The notes under the pieces were generated by a model that saw nothing but the letters and a program-made list of their open reading frames with translations, was not told the DNA's origin and did not search any database. Positions 50,929 to 59,969 of a stretch of 64,000 bases of DNA are shown piece after piece (the first letter of the stretch is position 1; each line of letters begins with the position of its first letter). Position numbers and translations under genes: made by a program. Source of the stretch: a virus. The stretch lies in IMG/VR virus record IMGVR_UViG_3300045988_100207; one strand, written 5' to 3'.

Positions 50929-51846
50929 ATGGCAGAAACAGCAGTAGCAAAGGCACAGCCTTCTCAGAAGGCAGTAGCGGTTAAAAACTTTCAGGCGGTA
51001 ATGAACAACAGTTATTACCAGACCTTGTTGCAGAATACAATGAAGGAGAATAAGGGAGCCTTCACCACAAGCTTGATGGAGTTGTTCACCTCTGATCCTC
51101 AGTTGATACAGTGTGACCCTAATGCACTCATGAGCGAGGCTGTAAAGGCTGCAGGATTACGCTTGCCTATCAACAAGCAGTTGGGGCAGGCATACATCGT
51201 AGTCTTCAACAAAAAAGATAAGAAGACTGATCAGATTATCCCAACTCCAACCCTCATCATCGGAACTAAGGGTTACATCAATCTCGCCCTTCGTACAAAC
51301 AAGTATGCAAACATCAATAAGGGAACTGTATATGAAGGTGAACTCCAAGGTTTTGACAAGGTAACTGGTGCGCTCGATATCAGCGGAGAAAAGACTTCCG
51401 ATGTGCCAGTTGGATATTTCGCATATTTCAAGCAGAAGTCTGGCTTCGAGAAGATTATGTACATGTCTCTTGATGAGGTATGTAAGTTTGCTAAGACCTA
51501 CGCTCCAACCGTCAAGTACTCAAAAATTACATGGCAGGAATTGAGAGATTTGGCTATCAAGCAATCCGTTGAAGGCACCGGTGGAGGTCTTGGATGGTTT
51601 GCAGGTTTTCAGGACATGGCAGAAAAAACGGTTCTTCGACAACTTCTTTCATCATGGGGTGAGCTTTCTGTTGATGCTGAGCAGATTATCAATGCCGATG
51701 AGCGACCTTCTGCCATCGTTCAGCGTGATGAGGAGTTTGCCGAGGCAAAGAACGTTATCACGGTCAATGCTGATACCGGCGAAGTTATGAATGCCAAAGA
51801 AGTACATGATGAGCAGCAACAGGCTCAAAAGTTTAGCTTGAGTTAA
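50929..51846 (+). CDS. recT: RecT-family single-strand annealing protein
   Basis: SEAVKAAGLRLPINKQLGQAYIVVFNKKD...GTKGYINLALRT pattern, with appropriate size and context. Confidence 0.75.
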   Translation: MAETAVAKAQPSQKAVAVKNFQAVMNNSYYQTLLQNTMKENKGAFTTSLMELFTSDPQLIQCDPNALMSEAVKAAGLRLPINKQLGQAYIVVFNKKDKKTDQIIPTPTLIIGTKGYINLALRTNKYANINKGTVYEGELQGFDKVTGALDISGEKTSDVPVGYFAYFKQKSGFEKIMYMSLDEVCKFAKTYAPTVKYSKITWQELRDLAIKQSVEGTGGGLGWFAGFQDMAEKTVLRQLLSSWGELSVDAEQIINADERPSAIVQRDEEFAEAKNVITVNADTGEVMNAKEVHDEQQQAQKFSLS

Positions 51847-51848
51847 GT

Positions 51849-52565
51849 ATGAAGCTGATAGTAGTCAATAGCAATAGTCTTGGCAATGCCTACGTACTGG
51901 AGGCAAGTAATGGTCAGCAGCTCTGTATAGAGGCAGGTCGTCCGTTGCAGGAAGTAAAGAAAGTTGCAAACCTCAAAACATCAAAATGCGTGGGAGTGAT
52001 TATCAGTCACTCCCACGGCGATCATGCAAAAAATGCCAAAGACTTTCTGAGAGCAGGAATCGATGCTTACTCTACCGAAGAGTTATCCGAGAAATGCAAG
52101 GGAGTAAAAGGCATGATTAAAGAACAGACCTATCATCTAGGTGCTTTCAGTATCACCCCGATGAAGGTAGAACACGATGTGCCTTGTTTCTCTTTCCTCA
52201 TTCATCATCCGGAAATGGGAACCATGATGTTCTTCACCGATTGCTACAATATGGAAAATGTAGTTCAAGGGTGCCGCTACTTCTTGGCAGAATGCAACTA
52301 TGATGATTCTCTTCTCGAAAAAGCCGTAAACGAAGGCAAGACGATAGTCAGCCAAGCAGACCGCATCCGTCTTTCCCACATGAGTCTGGCTCACTCTATC
52401 GAGTATCTCAACGAATGCAAGGCAGCCAATACCGCCAAGCGCATCGTCCTCATTCATGGTTCAGCACGCCATCTTAACCCCGATGTTGCCGTAAACAAAT
52501 TCCAGCAGGTCCTCGGTGTTCCAACCGACTATGCTTGCAAGGGTTTAGTAATCAATCTAATGTAA
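51849..52565 (+). CDS. metallo-beta-lactamase-fold hydrolase (likely the nuclease partner of RecT)
   Basis: VIISHSHGDHAKN (HxHxDH) with downstream His/Asp residues. Confidence 0.75.
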   Translation: MKLIVVNSNSLGNAYVLEASNGQQLCIEAGRPLQEVKKVANLKTSKCVGVIISHSHGDHAKNAKDFLRAGIDAYSTEELSEKCKGVKGMIKEQTYHLGAFSITPMKVEHDVPCFSFLIHHPEMGTMMFFTDCYNMENVVQGCRYFLAECNYDDSLLEKAVNEGKTIVSQADRIRLSHMSLAHSIEYLNECKAANTAKRIVLIHGSARHLNPDVAVNKFQQVLGVPTDYACKGLVINLM

Positions 52566-52569
52566 TTAT

Positions 52570-53103
52570 ATGGATAATGAAATTTGGAAAGGTATTGAAG
52601 GCTATCCAGACTACCAAGTTAGCAACTTAGGTAGAGTGAAGTCTTTGTCAAGAAAACATAAAGTATTAAAAGGCTTTGTGATACCAGAAAAGATATTAAA
52701 GCCTGTTGTTCGTAAAAACTCAGGATATGGTTATGTAACCATATTTAAAAATGGTGTTTCAAAGCCAATAGCGATTCACCGTTTGGTAGCAATGGCTTTT
52801 ATCCCAAACCCTTACAATTATAAAGTTGTAAACCATAAGGATGAAATAAAAAGTAATAATTGCGCAGATAACCTTGAGTGGTGTACAAGTCATTATAATT
52901 TTAATTATGGTACATGTAGAGAGCGTGCCAATGCAAAGAATCGAAAAAGAATACTAATGTCTCTACCAAATGGTAGACAAATAGCAGAGTGGGCAAGTCC
53001 TACTGATGCGGCACATGCATTAAGGTTTGATGAAGGATTTATTGCAAAGGCAGCTAGAGGAGAAACAGATATGGCTTATGGTTATATTTGGAAATATAAA
53101 TAA
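52570..53103 (+). CDS. free-standing homing endonuclease (NUMOD4 + HNH_3)
   Basis: WKGIEGYPDYQVSNLGRVKSL and HRLVAMAFIPNP...VNHKDEIKSNNCADNLEW. Confidence 0.85.
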   Translation: MDNEIWKGIEGYPDYQVSNLGRVKSLSRKHKVLKGFVIPEKILKPVVRKNSGYGYVTIFKNGVSKPIAIHRLVAMAFIPNPYNYKVVNHKDEIKSNNCADNLEWCTSHYNFNYGTCRERANAKNRKRILMSLPNGRQIAEWASPTDAAHALRFDEGFIAKAARGETDMAYGYIWKYK

Positions 53104-53114
53104 AAAAAATAATT

Positions 53115-53546
53115 ATGGCAGTATATGATTTAAATAATCCGAAAGATTATCTTCGTTTCTTCAAAGATATCGAGAGGTTTAAGGAGAACAAACATAAAAT
53201 CGAGATTAAGAAGTTTTACCCAGTCCAAACCGACAGTCAGCAGCGTTATATACACTTCATGATTTCGTATTGGGCAATGAAGAATGGTGAAACATTCTAC
53301 GACACATTACATAAAATTCAGCTTCACGTATGCCCTGTGCCGTTTTATACAGGAGAGAAAGATAAAAACGGAAACGATGCATTTAAGCCGCTTTCGGCTC
53401 TTACTACCGCAGAGGCATCATCGGTTATCCGTAATTTTCTCGACTATGCGAGCATGAATGGCACTCCAATACCAGAGCCTGAGGATAAAATCAGTATTAA
53501 CTATTGCAAGCGAGAACTCGAGAACTCGGGTGCCGGTTGGGTATAA
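53115..53546 (+). CDS. NinB/Orf-like recombination mediator (tentative)
   Basis: 143 aa. QTDSQQRYIHFMISYWA and LTTAEASSVIRNFLDYASMNGTPIP resemble the lambda NinB pattern. Confidence 0.5.
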   Translation: MAVYDLNNPKDYLRFFKDIERFKENKHKIEIKKFYPVQTDSQQRYIHFMISYWAMKNGETFYDTLHKIQLHVCPVPFYTGEKDKNGNDAFKPLSALTTAEASSVIRNFLDYASMNGTPIPEPEDKISINYCKRELENSGAGWV

Positions 53547-53567
53547 ATCATCAAAATCATATAGTTT

Positions 53568-54092
53568 ATGAAAACGTTAAAGGAAATCCTTTCGGAGGCT
53601 AATAAATATTCGGAAAGCGAACCACTTCAAGATGCTTTTGTAGCTGGTGCAAGATGGGCGCTTACGGGTAAGTATTACAAGCCTTCTGAGTTGTTCGGCA
53701 ATCATGCCGAAGTGGAGACGGTAGACTTAGAGGTTGAAGAATCTTCTGCTATCATCCAAACTGAGCCAGCTCCAACATTTGAGGAGTTTTGGGAAGCTTA
53801 TTCTTATAAGAAAGGTAGAAAAAAGGCAGAAGAAAAGTGGAACAGACTAAAGCTAGCCGATAAATTAGCTTGCATGGCAGCCGTTCCTGCTTACGTGGCA
53901 TCGACCCGCAAGCCGACCGACCCGATCGTACCTCATGCTAATATACCCTTCCGCATGCATCCACTCACTTATCTGAATGGTGAAAGATGGGAAGACGAAA
54001 TAGAAACACCTGTAAATTATGAACAACAACGGAATATCCAACGTTCAGAGCGCGCTGCCCGACTCATCGCGAGTGCCTATCATCAAGGATAA
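53568..54092 (+). CDS. hypothetical conserved phage protein (174 aa)
   Basis: FEEFWEAYSYKKGRKKAEEKWNRL...TYLNGERWEDE motif, common in phage early proteins. Confidence 0.65.
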   Translation: MKTLKEILSEANKYSESEPLQDAFVAGARWALTGKYYKPSELFGNHAEVETVDLEVEESSAIIQTEPAPTFEEFWEAYSYKKGRKKAEEKWNRLKLADKLACMAAVPAYVASTRKPTDPIVPHANIPFRMHPLTYLNGERWEDEIETPVNYEQQRNIQRSERAARLIASAYHQG

Positions 54093-54150
54093 GGCAAACT
54101 ATCAGCGTCCTGCAACCTTAACTGAGGCTATAAAGAAGAATAAGGAAACC

Positions 54151-54660
54151 ATGTTGGATATTCAGAAACGTGGTGGACTCAGAGACCTCGTAGGATGGGT
54201 AACAGGACGACTGATAGACCTTCTCTATTATCTGGGCGCCTACGATAATGCAACAGATTATCAGATTCAGTTGCTCGCTCAGCGTATCTGTACAAAGTAT
54301 TTCTACATAACTCCTGCCGAACTTGATTATTTCTTTGTAGCCTTCACCAATGGTGAATACAACAAACTCATCAACAACGGTAAAACCATCAATCCACAGG
54401 ATATAATGAAATCCTTGATAGCTTACGAGGCAGACCTGCTGAAGGAGCGTGGAAGGGTAGAGGACGAGCGCAGAAAAGAAGAAGAGCGTCTGAAAGCGAT
54501 AGAGGATGCAAAGAAACCTCATGGCATAGAGGCATGGAGAAACTACTGCAAGTCGAAGGGTTTAGACCCCGATACGCATACATTACCATCCGTCAGCCTC
54601 CACGATGTCAATAAGGAACTGAATATCCAAAATCCTGGAAGAATGACCGACTTAAGATAA
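54151..54660 (+). CDS. hypothetical protein (169 aa from the internal Met)
   Basis: The track start at 54019 overlaps the previous gene by 74 nt, so the true start is uncertain. Confidence 0.5.
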   Translation: MLDIQKRGGLRDLVGWVTGRLIDLLYYLGAYDNATDYQIQLLAQRICTKYFYITPAELDYFFVAFTNGEYNKLINNGKTINPQDIMKSLIAYEADLLKERGRVEDERRKEEERLKAIEDAKKPHGIEAWRNYCKSKGLDPDTHTLPSVSLHDVNKELNIQNPGRMTDLR

Positions 54661-54673
54661 ACAATTAAATAAA

Positions 54674-55072
54674 ATGAAAGTTATGAATACAATTCAAACA
54701 GATGTTATCATTGTGCTATCTATCCTGTGGTTGGTAGCTATAGCAATCATCGTTGCAGGCCGCACCAAATACCGCAAGTACTATTCTAGTAAAGGCAAGA
54801 TGGTGGTCCTTCGCATTAACAATCCCGATGTACGGGACCGCCTCAACTCAGGGGGCTTATCTCTCTGCCAGTGTGCTTACTATAACACACACAAGTATCT
54901 CTACACCATCGAAGGTGATCGTATCTGTGGTTTTACCGAAGAATGCACCCATCTGATAGAAGATGCAATCAAAAACCATCAAGAGGTAATTGATTGTGAT
55001 ATTGATGTCAGTAAGTTTGTGAACGAGGTCAAGAAGTTACAACAGGAGTATGAAACTAAAGAGGAGGAGTAA
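54674..55072 (+). CDS. hypothetical protein with an N-terminal TM segment (132 aa)
   Basis: VIIVLSILWLVAIAIIVAG. Confidence 0.6.
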   Translation: MKVMNTIQTDVIIVLSILWLVAIAIIVAGRTKYRKYYSSKGKMVVLRINNPDVRDRLNSGGLSLCQCAYYNTHKYLYTIEGDRICGFTEECTHLIEDAIKNHQEVIDCDIDVSKFVNEVKKLQQEYETKEEE

Positions 55073-55074
55073 GT

Positions 55075-55236
55075 ATGAAGACTTTTATTTTTGATGTTAT
55101 GCTCAACGGAAGATTCATCTGCACATTAAAGTATAAATATTGTGCGCTCTTCCCGATAGATTTTGAAGATTTAACAAAGTTCGTCCTTAAAAAGAGACCT
55201 ACTTTGAAAGGTAAGGATTTTAGAATTGCGTTTTAA
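55075..55236 (+). CDS. possible small ORF (53 aa)
   Basis: ATG 3 nt after the previous stop. Below the track cutoff. Confidence 0.4.
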   Translation: MKTFIFDVMLNGRFICTLKYKYCALFPIDFEDLTKFVLKKRPTLKGKDFRIAF

Positions 55237-55248
55237 GAAGTAAAGCGT

Positions 55249-55398
55249 ATGTATTTTGAATATAGAATAGTCAAAATTGAGAAAGGTTTGTTTTTCATCG
55301 AGTATAAGACCGCTCCTTATGGAGTTTGGCATGAAGTAGATAAAAAGTTCAAAACTAAGCCAAAGGCAGAAGCTTGGGCTAGAAAGAACTTAGTTTAA
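55249..55398 (+). CDS. possible small ORF (49 aa)
   Basis: Preceded by the GAAGTAAAGCGTATG junction. Below the track cutoff. Confidence 0.4.
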   Translation: MYFEYRIVKIEKGLFFIEYKTAPYGVWHEVDKKFKTKPKAEAWARKNLV

Positions 55399-55411
55399 TG
55401 AAGTAAAGCGT

Positions 55412-55645
55412 ATGAATGGATTGTTATCAATGATTGGTATGCAAACTGAATTGGAATACCAAATGGGTGATGATTTTCCTTTTGGTTCTCCACGTATTAG
55501 ATTTAATGTTCCGAAAGGCAACATTCCATCCGACAAACAGAAGTGCCAGCCAAAGGAGCAGCATGAGTTCACCATCAAGGGTGTTAAGATTATGGCAGCT
55601 TCAAAGAAAGATGCTATTAAGAAGTTTAATCATCGTAAAAAATAA
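55412..55645 (+). CDS. hypothetical protein (77 aa)
   Basis: Preceded by an identical GAAGTAAAGCGTATG junction. Confidence 0.5.
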   Translation: MNGLLSMIGMQTELEYQMGDDFPFGSPRIRFNVPKGNIPSDKQKCQPKEQHEFTIKGVKIMAASKKDAIKKFNHRKK

Positions 55646-55651
55646 AGAGAT

Positions 55652-56194
55652 ATGTTATACGAAGCAAAACAAGGTACAAAGGCTTATGAATACATTAAGA
55701 GTATTCTCGATGCTGAATTTGAAGAGCATAAAGCCTACATGAAACGAGTAGAAGAAGCCGTAGGTTTCAAATTTGAAAAATATCAGGGCTATCAGCCTAA
55801 CAGTACTCTCACAAGAGAGTACGAGATTACTGCTATATGGGTTCCTTCTGAGCGTTACGATACGCTAGATAAAAAGGTGTGGAAGAAGGTAGACGGTGTA
55901 AAATTGGAGGACGGTTATTATGTAGCTATTGCGCCTAATAAGCGATATAAGCAAGGCAAGGCAATAGCCTCCGTTCTTCTCTCCTATAAATCAGTTGCTA
56001 ACCATTTCAAGGTAATGAAGAAACTGAATATAGAAGTCTCTCAAGCTAGCCGTTTTTCTATTACTCAGCTCCTCCGTCACAAAGACCGCATTTTCGTTTA
56101 CTTTGATGACAGCATCCGAGCCGAGAAGCAAAATCAAGACTTCGTGGAAATCACGATAGGTGAATATGAGGATTTCATTAATAAAAAGGACTAA
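55652..56194 (+). CDS. hypothetical protein (180 aa)
   Basis: ATG ORF. Confidence 0.65.
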   Translation: MLYEAKQGTKAYEYIKSILDAEFEEHKAYMKRVEEAVGFKFEKYQGYQPNSTLTREYEITAIWVPSERYDTLDKKVWKKVDGVKLEDGYYVAIAPNKRYKQGKAIASVLLSYKSVANHFKVMKKLNIEVSQASRFSITQLLRHKDRIFVYFDDSIRAEKQNQDFVEITIGEYEDFINKKD

Positions 56195-56197
56195 GCT

Positions 56198-56656
56198 ATG
56201 GATAAGTTAGAATACATTCCAGGAGATTTGGTGATGACAAATGGAGTACCACTAGGTACAGCACAGAATGTCGTTTACAGAGTAACATCATCTGACCCAT
56301 CAAAGACTTTGGAGTTGGACGATGGAACGGTTCTGAAAGGTGTTGTCTGTTTAGAGAACATCGAAGGTTCGGAATTTGGAGAGAAAGGCTATCTCTCAGG
56401 TGACTGCTGTGCTTGGGTTAAGGATATTGTTCCTATTAATCTTGTGCCCGCAATTTTGGAGAAGAATGGATGGAGTAAAGAGCAAGAGAATTACTTTAAT
56501 GATAGCTATCATATATTTTTAGAATGCAAATATGAGAAATACTCTGCCTACAAAGTTGTACATAATAATGTAGTATGGCTAAGAGACGTAAGAAGTGTTT
56601 CCGATTTACAGCATCTTCTCTTCGGTCTTGGTATTAATCAAGAAATGGAGGTGTAG
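56198..56656 (+). CDS. hypothetical protein (152 aa)
   Basis: ATG ORF. Confidence 0.65.
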   Translation: MDKLEYIPGDLVMTNGVPLGTAQNVVYRVTSSDPSKTLELDDGTVLKGVVCLENIEGSEFGEKGYLSGDCCAWVKDIVPINLVPAILEKNGWSKEQENYFNDSYHIFLECKYEKYSAYKVVHNNVVWLRDVRSVSDLQHLLFGLGINQEMEV

Positions 56657-56658
56657 GT

Positions 56659-56766
56659 ATGTTGGTAGCATTATTAATAATATTCATAGCTATAGGAATA
56701 GCATTTATGTATGTAGGCATAAGAATTTGTAGAAATCTATGGTATGCTTATGGCAAGAGAATTTGA
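56659..56766 (+). CDS. possible 35-aa single-TM peptide
   Basis: MLVALLIIFIAIGIAFMYVGIRICRNLWYAYGKRI. Confidence 0.3.
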   Translation: MLVALLIIFIAIGIAFMYVGIRICRNLWYAYGKRI

Positions 56767-56923
56767 AGTAAATATTAGAGTTACTATTGACTCTAAGTGC
56801 AAAGATAGTGACGATGATATTATAGAAGCACTTATGAAAGGAGCGGATAAGTATTTCTATCCATATTGTTGTAGTAATGAACATATAGAGCATACTAATA
56901 GTACTGCTCATAAAGTTAAATAA
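56750..56923 (+). CDS. possible small ORF (57 aa)
   Basis: MAREFEVNIRVTIDSKCKD.... Below the track cutoff. Confidence 0.4.
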   Translation: MAREFEVNIRVTIDSKCKDSDDDIIEALMKGADKYFYPYCCSNEHIEHTNSTAHKVK

Positions 56924-56925
56924 AA

Positions 56926-57363
56926 ATGAGAAGTATGCACGATAAAATTATAGGAGCAGGAGTAGCTAACTTATTTATTGAGCGAATGAAGTTAGAAGGA
57001 TGGTTGCCCATTAAAGAGTATTTCAAGATGAAAAAACTTGGAATTGAGCTTGATTGGGTAATGGTTCTTACTATGGAGAATGATGGATTTATCGCAATAC
57101 CAATGGTAGCAGAATATCGTGTTCCACATAAAGATAGTGGGCGAAAATCTGGTTGGTATAAAGACGAGATTGATAATCCAAACAGGAGAATTGACGATTG
57201 GACTAATGTCATCATGTTCAAACTTTTAGATAAGCCTAATATTGACGGAATAAGGGATTCTATTCTTGACAAATATAAAGAGGCCGAAGGTATTACAGAT
57301 ACTCATGCTTATAATTTGTCTTTCAATGAGACGGTTGTTAAACAATGTAAGGGGATTAAATGA
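56926..57363 (+). CDS. hypothetical protein (145 aa)
   Basis: ATG ORF. Confidence 0.65.
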   Translation: MRSMHDKIIGAGVANLFIERMKLEGWLPIKEYFKMKKLGIELDWVMVLTMENDGFIAIPMVAEYRVPHKDSGRKSGWYKDEIDNPNRRIDDWTNVIMFKLLDKPNIDGIRDSILDKYKEAEGITDTHAYNLSFNETVVKQCKGIK

Positions 57364-57372
57364 TTATAGCTT

Positions 57373-57735
57373 ATGAAATTAGAAGACATCAAGTTCAAGG
57401 CTAAACGTCTTGACAACAGAGAATGGATAATCGGAAGCTTTGTTGTAATGAAGATTCCTGCACTTAGCAAAACTACTATAGGTATCGTAGAAGCAGGCGG
57501 TGCAACGCTTCATGAAATTGACCCTGTTACTGTCTGCCAGTTCACAGGGCTAACAGACAAGAATGGAATACCTATCTATGAGGGGGATATTGTTATGTAC
57601 AAAGATAACAATGCGGAAAGAAGAGGTGATATTAATTGGGATAGTAAAGCTGCTGCTTTCTGTTTTGGGCAAGATTTCTTATTCTACTACTCTTCTGAAG
57701 ATATGGTTGTTGTTGGTAATAAATACGATAAGTAG
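57373..57735 (+). CDS. YopX-like protein (120 aa)
   Basis: VCQFTGLTDKNGIPIYEGDIVMY...VVGNKYDK. Confidence 0.7.
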   Translation: MKLEDIKFKAKRLDNREWIIGSFVVMKIPALSKTTIGIVEAGGATLHEIDPVTVCQFTGLTDKNGIPIYEGDIVMYKDNNAERRGDINWDSKAAAFCFGQDFLFYYSSEDMVVVGNKYDK

Positions 57736-57744
57736 GAATAGCGT

Positions 57745-58008
57745 ATGATAGAAAAGATATTAGAAATAGTAGCTCAAAGACTGAATGCTTTAGCCACAAA
57801 GATTTTTAAGGAAGAGTCTTATCCTTATCTTCCTCCTCTTTCAAGAAGAGAACGAAGAAAGTTTGAACGTGACAACCAAAAAGCTGAGAAGAATATAGCA
57901 TTATGTCGTAGATGCATGAAGAACTCTCCTAGTTGGTGGTGTCCAGGAGAACGTTGCTATTTCTTCCCTTATCGAAGACACGTATTATTTGGAGATAAAA
58001 ATAAGTAG
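57745..58008 (+). CDS. hypothetical Cys-containing protein (87 aa)
   Basis: CRRCMKNSPSWWCPGERC. Confidence 0.55.
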   Translation: MIEKILEIVAQRLNALATKIFKEESYPYLPPLSRRERRKFERDNQKAEKNIALCRRCMKNSPSWWCPGERCYFFPYRRHVLFGDKNK

Positions 58009-58011
58009 TAT

Positions 58012-58392
58012 ATGGAAATTGTAATTTTATATATAAGTGTTAGTCTAATTTACATCTTTCTTGTTTGCTTGGATGGAGAAGATGTAAAACCGAAATGGAA
58101 ACAATGGCTAGCTGACAAACTAGGCATCAAGCCAAAGATAGATGTTAGATACATAAAGCCACAAGTCGTTAAGCTTCGTTCAAGAGTTACAATGTCGAAT
58201 TTTGAAATGCAATACTATTGCCGTGACAAATCTGGCATGGAGCAATTGAAGAGAAGAGCAATAGAAAGTGTGTACGATGAAATTCTTAAGGGAATGAAGG
58301 CAAACGAATTGGTTTCCATTTCGCAATATAATGACATTTATAGTACTAACACTATTTATGAGGGGACATGTGAAATTTATAAAAACAAGTAG
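58012..58392 (+). CDS. hypothetical protein with an N-terminal TM segment (126 aa)
   Basis: MEIVILYISVSLIYIFLVCL. Confidence 0.6.
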   Translation: MEIVILYISVSLIYIFLVCLDGEDVKPKWKQWLADKLGIKPKIDVRYIKPQVVKLRSRVTMSNFEMQYYCRDKSGMEQLKRRAIESVYDEILKGMKANELVSISQYNDIYSTNTIYEGTCEIYKNK

Positions 58393-58395
58393 TAT

Positions 58396-58719
58396 ATGAA
58401 GATAAGACAAGCTAAGAAAATCTTGAATATGATGGCGAAAGGAACGGACACACGTTACTTCGATTCAAAATATACATTCAAGAAAGAGAGTAGATTCATT
58501 CCTAGATTAAAGAATCTCTATCAGAAAGCAACTATCAGATGGAATAAGGTAAATATGCCGAGTGCCAACGTTAGTTTGTTTCGTTCAATTTTGAGAACTT
58601 CAAAGGAATGCAGTCGTTGTAAACATTTCAATGGTATGCTTGCAGGAAGATGTACTAAACTACATAAGTATGTTGAAAGCAGCGATTGGTGTCATGGAAC
58701 GTTTTTTCATAGAAAGTGA
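58396..58719 (+). CDS. small basic protein (107 aa), MKxRxAKK family
   Basis: MKIRQAKKILNMMAKGTDTRYF..., with a C-terminal Cys/His cluster. Confidence 0.55.
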   Translation: MKIRQAKKILNMMAKGTDTRYFDSKYTFKKESRFIPRLKNLYQKATIRWNKVNMPSANVSLFRSILRTSKECSRCKHFNGMLAGRCTKLHKYVESSDWCHGTFFHRK

Positions 58720-58726
58720 GGTTGAT

Positions 58727-58996
58727 ATGAAAATAAGACAAGCTAAGAAGATAATGAAGCAAGTCTATAAGACTAGATATTGGGCATATAGGCAAGGCTA
58801 TTATTGTGGCAAGAAGGATGCAGGAAAGCTAGCTGGAGACCATCGTTTGTTAAAGGCTATGCGTCTTACAAAGAAGTGGAAAAGCCGCAAGATACGAAAC
58901 GAAGCGAATAAAATGTTGAAGAAAAATCCGTTAAAACCGAGGGATCTTCAACGTAGTGCTTTAAGATTAATGAGATATGGATGTAGCAAAGCTTAA
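58727..58996 (+). CDS. small basic protein (89 aa), MKxRxAKK family
   Basis: MKIRQAKKIMKQVYKTRYWAYRQGY...GDHRLLKAMRLTKKWKSRK. The internal ATG is preferred over the track start at 58631. Confidence 0.55.
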   Translation: MKIRQAKKIMKQVYKTRYWAYRQGYYCGKKDAGKLAGDHRLLKAMRLTKKWKSRKIRNEANKMLKKNPLKPRDLQRSALRLMRYGCSKA

Positions 58997-59312
58997 TCAG
59001 GAAATTTTAGGCGTAGATTTGGAATACAAAAACGTCTATATTGATGCGGAGAACACAAGAATGATACGTGCCAAATTACCTGATGGGTATTGCGATTTGG
59101 TTCGCACAGATGTGTGGAATGGTCGTGTGAATCATCCGGAAGAGCATGATATTGTAAAATATACGGCAATCTCTTGGTATAGAGAAGAATTTGTCGGTGG
59201 AGTTGATTTAGGTCGCAACTATATGCATGCTAAATATAAGTTCTTCGAGTTGGTTGTGAATAAAAAATATATTTTGGAAATGAAACATAAGAAAAATGAA
59301 AATGCTAGATAA
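58977..59312 (+). CDS. hypothetical protein (111 aa)
   Basis: ATG ORF. Confidence 0.6.
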   Translation: MDVAKLNQEILGVDLEYKNVYIDAENTRMIRAKLPDGYCDLVRTDVWNGRVNHPEEHDIVKYTAISWYREEFVGGVDLGRNYMHAKYKFFELVVNKKYILEMKHKKNENAR

Positions 59313-59724
59313 TAAGTTAATCATAGATATTCCTAAAGGAATGGAAGTGGATATTGAAAAAAGTGACTTGAAAGCGGGCATTATAGCATTCAAGAAGAGA
59401 CCCTTCAGCTATGAGGATGTTATATCTACTTTAATAGACCGTGGTCTTAGTCCTGTCGTTGCTACTGTTACTAATAGTAATGTAGAGAAAATTGTTGCAT
59501 TGGATAAGTTAATGGATATAGCTAAATGTTATAATGGAGATTGGAAACCGGATTGGAATTCTAAAGAATGCAAGCATAATATCATGCGAACCAGCGAATA
59601 CGGTATTACTTCTAGTAGTGTTTATAACGAAGGTGCTATTTACTTCAAGAACAAAGAAGATGCCCAAGCCGTTATTGATAATCCGAATTTCAGAAGCATT
59701 CTTGATGCAATCTATAAGGACTAA
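59296..59724 (+). CDS. hypothetical protein (142 aa)
   Basis: ATG ORF. Confidence 0.65.
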   Translation: MKMLDNKLIIDIPKGMEVDIEKSDLKAGIIAFKKRPFSYEDVISTLIDRGLSPVVATVTNSNVEKIVALDKLMDIAKCYNGDWKPDWNSKECKHNIMRTSEYGITSSSVYNEGAIYFKNKEDAQAVIDNPNFRSILDAIYKD

Positions 59725-59729
59725 GGCTT

Positions 59730-59969
59730 ATGAAGGAAATGTTCTTTAAAAGTGTAAAGTTCCGTGAAGTTCAGCATTTGGCATTCTCGGATGAATATAT
59801 AACTGCATACGTATCGGTGAACCATGTTCCTAAGATACACCTAAGTGTAAATACACCTCGTGATGAATATGGGTTTGCGAAAGGTAAATCAAAGCGTTAC
59901 TTTAGAGTGGGGTTTGGAAAATGGCTCACCGAACGAGTGTTTGTTAAGAAATATTTTAGTGAAGAATAA
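59730..59969 (+). CDS. hypothetical protein (79 aa)
   Basis: ATG ORF. Confidence 0.55.
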   Translation: MKEMFFKSVKFREVQHLAFSDEYITAYVSVNHVPKIHLSVNTPRDEYGFAKGKSKRYFRVGFGKWLTERVFVKKYFSEE

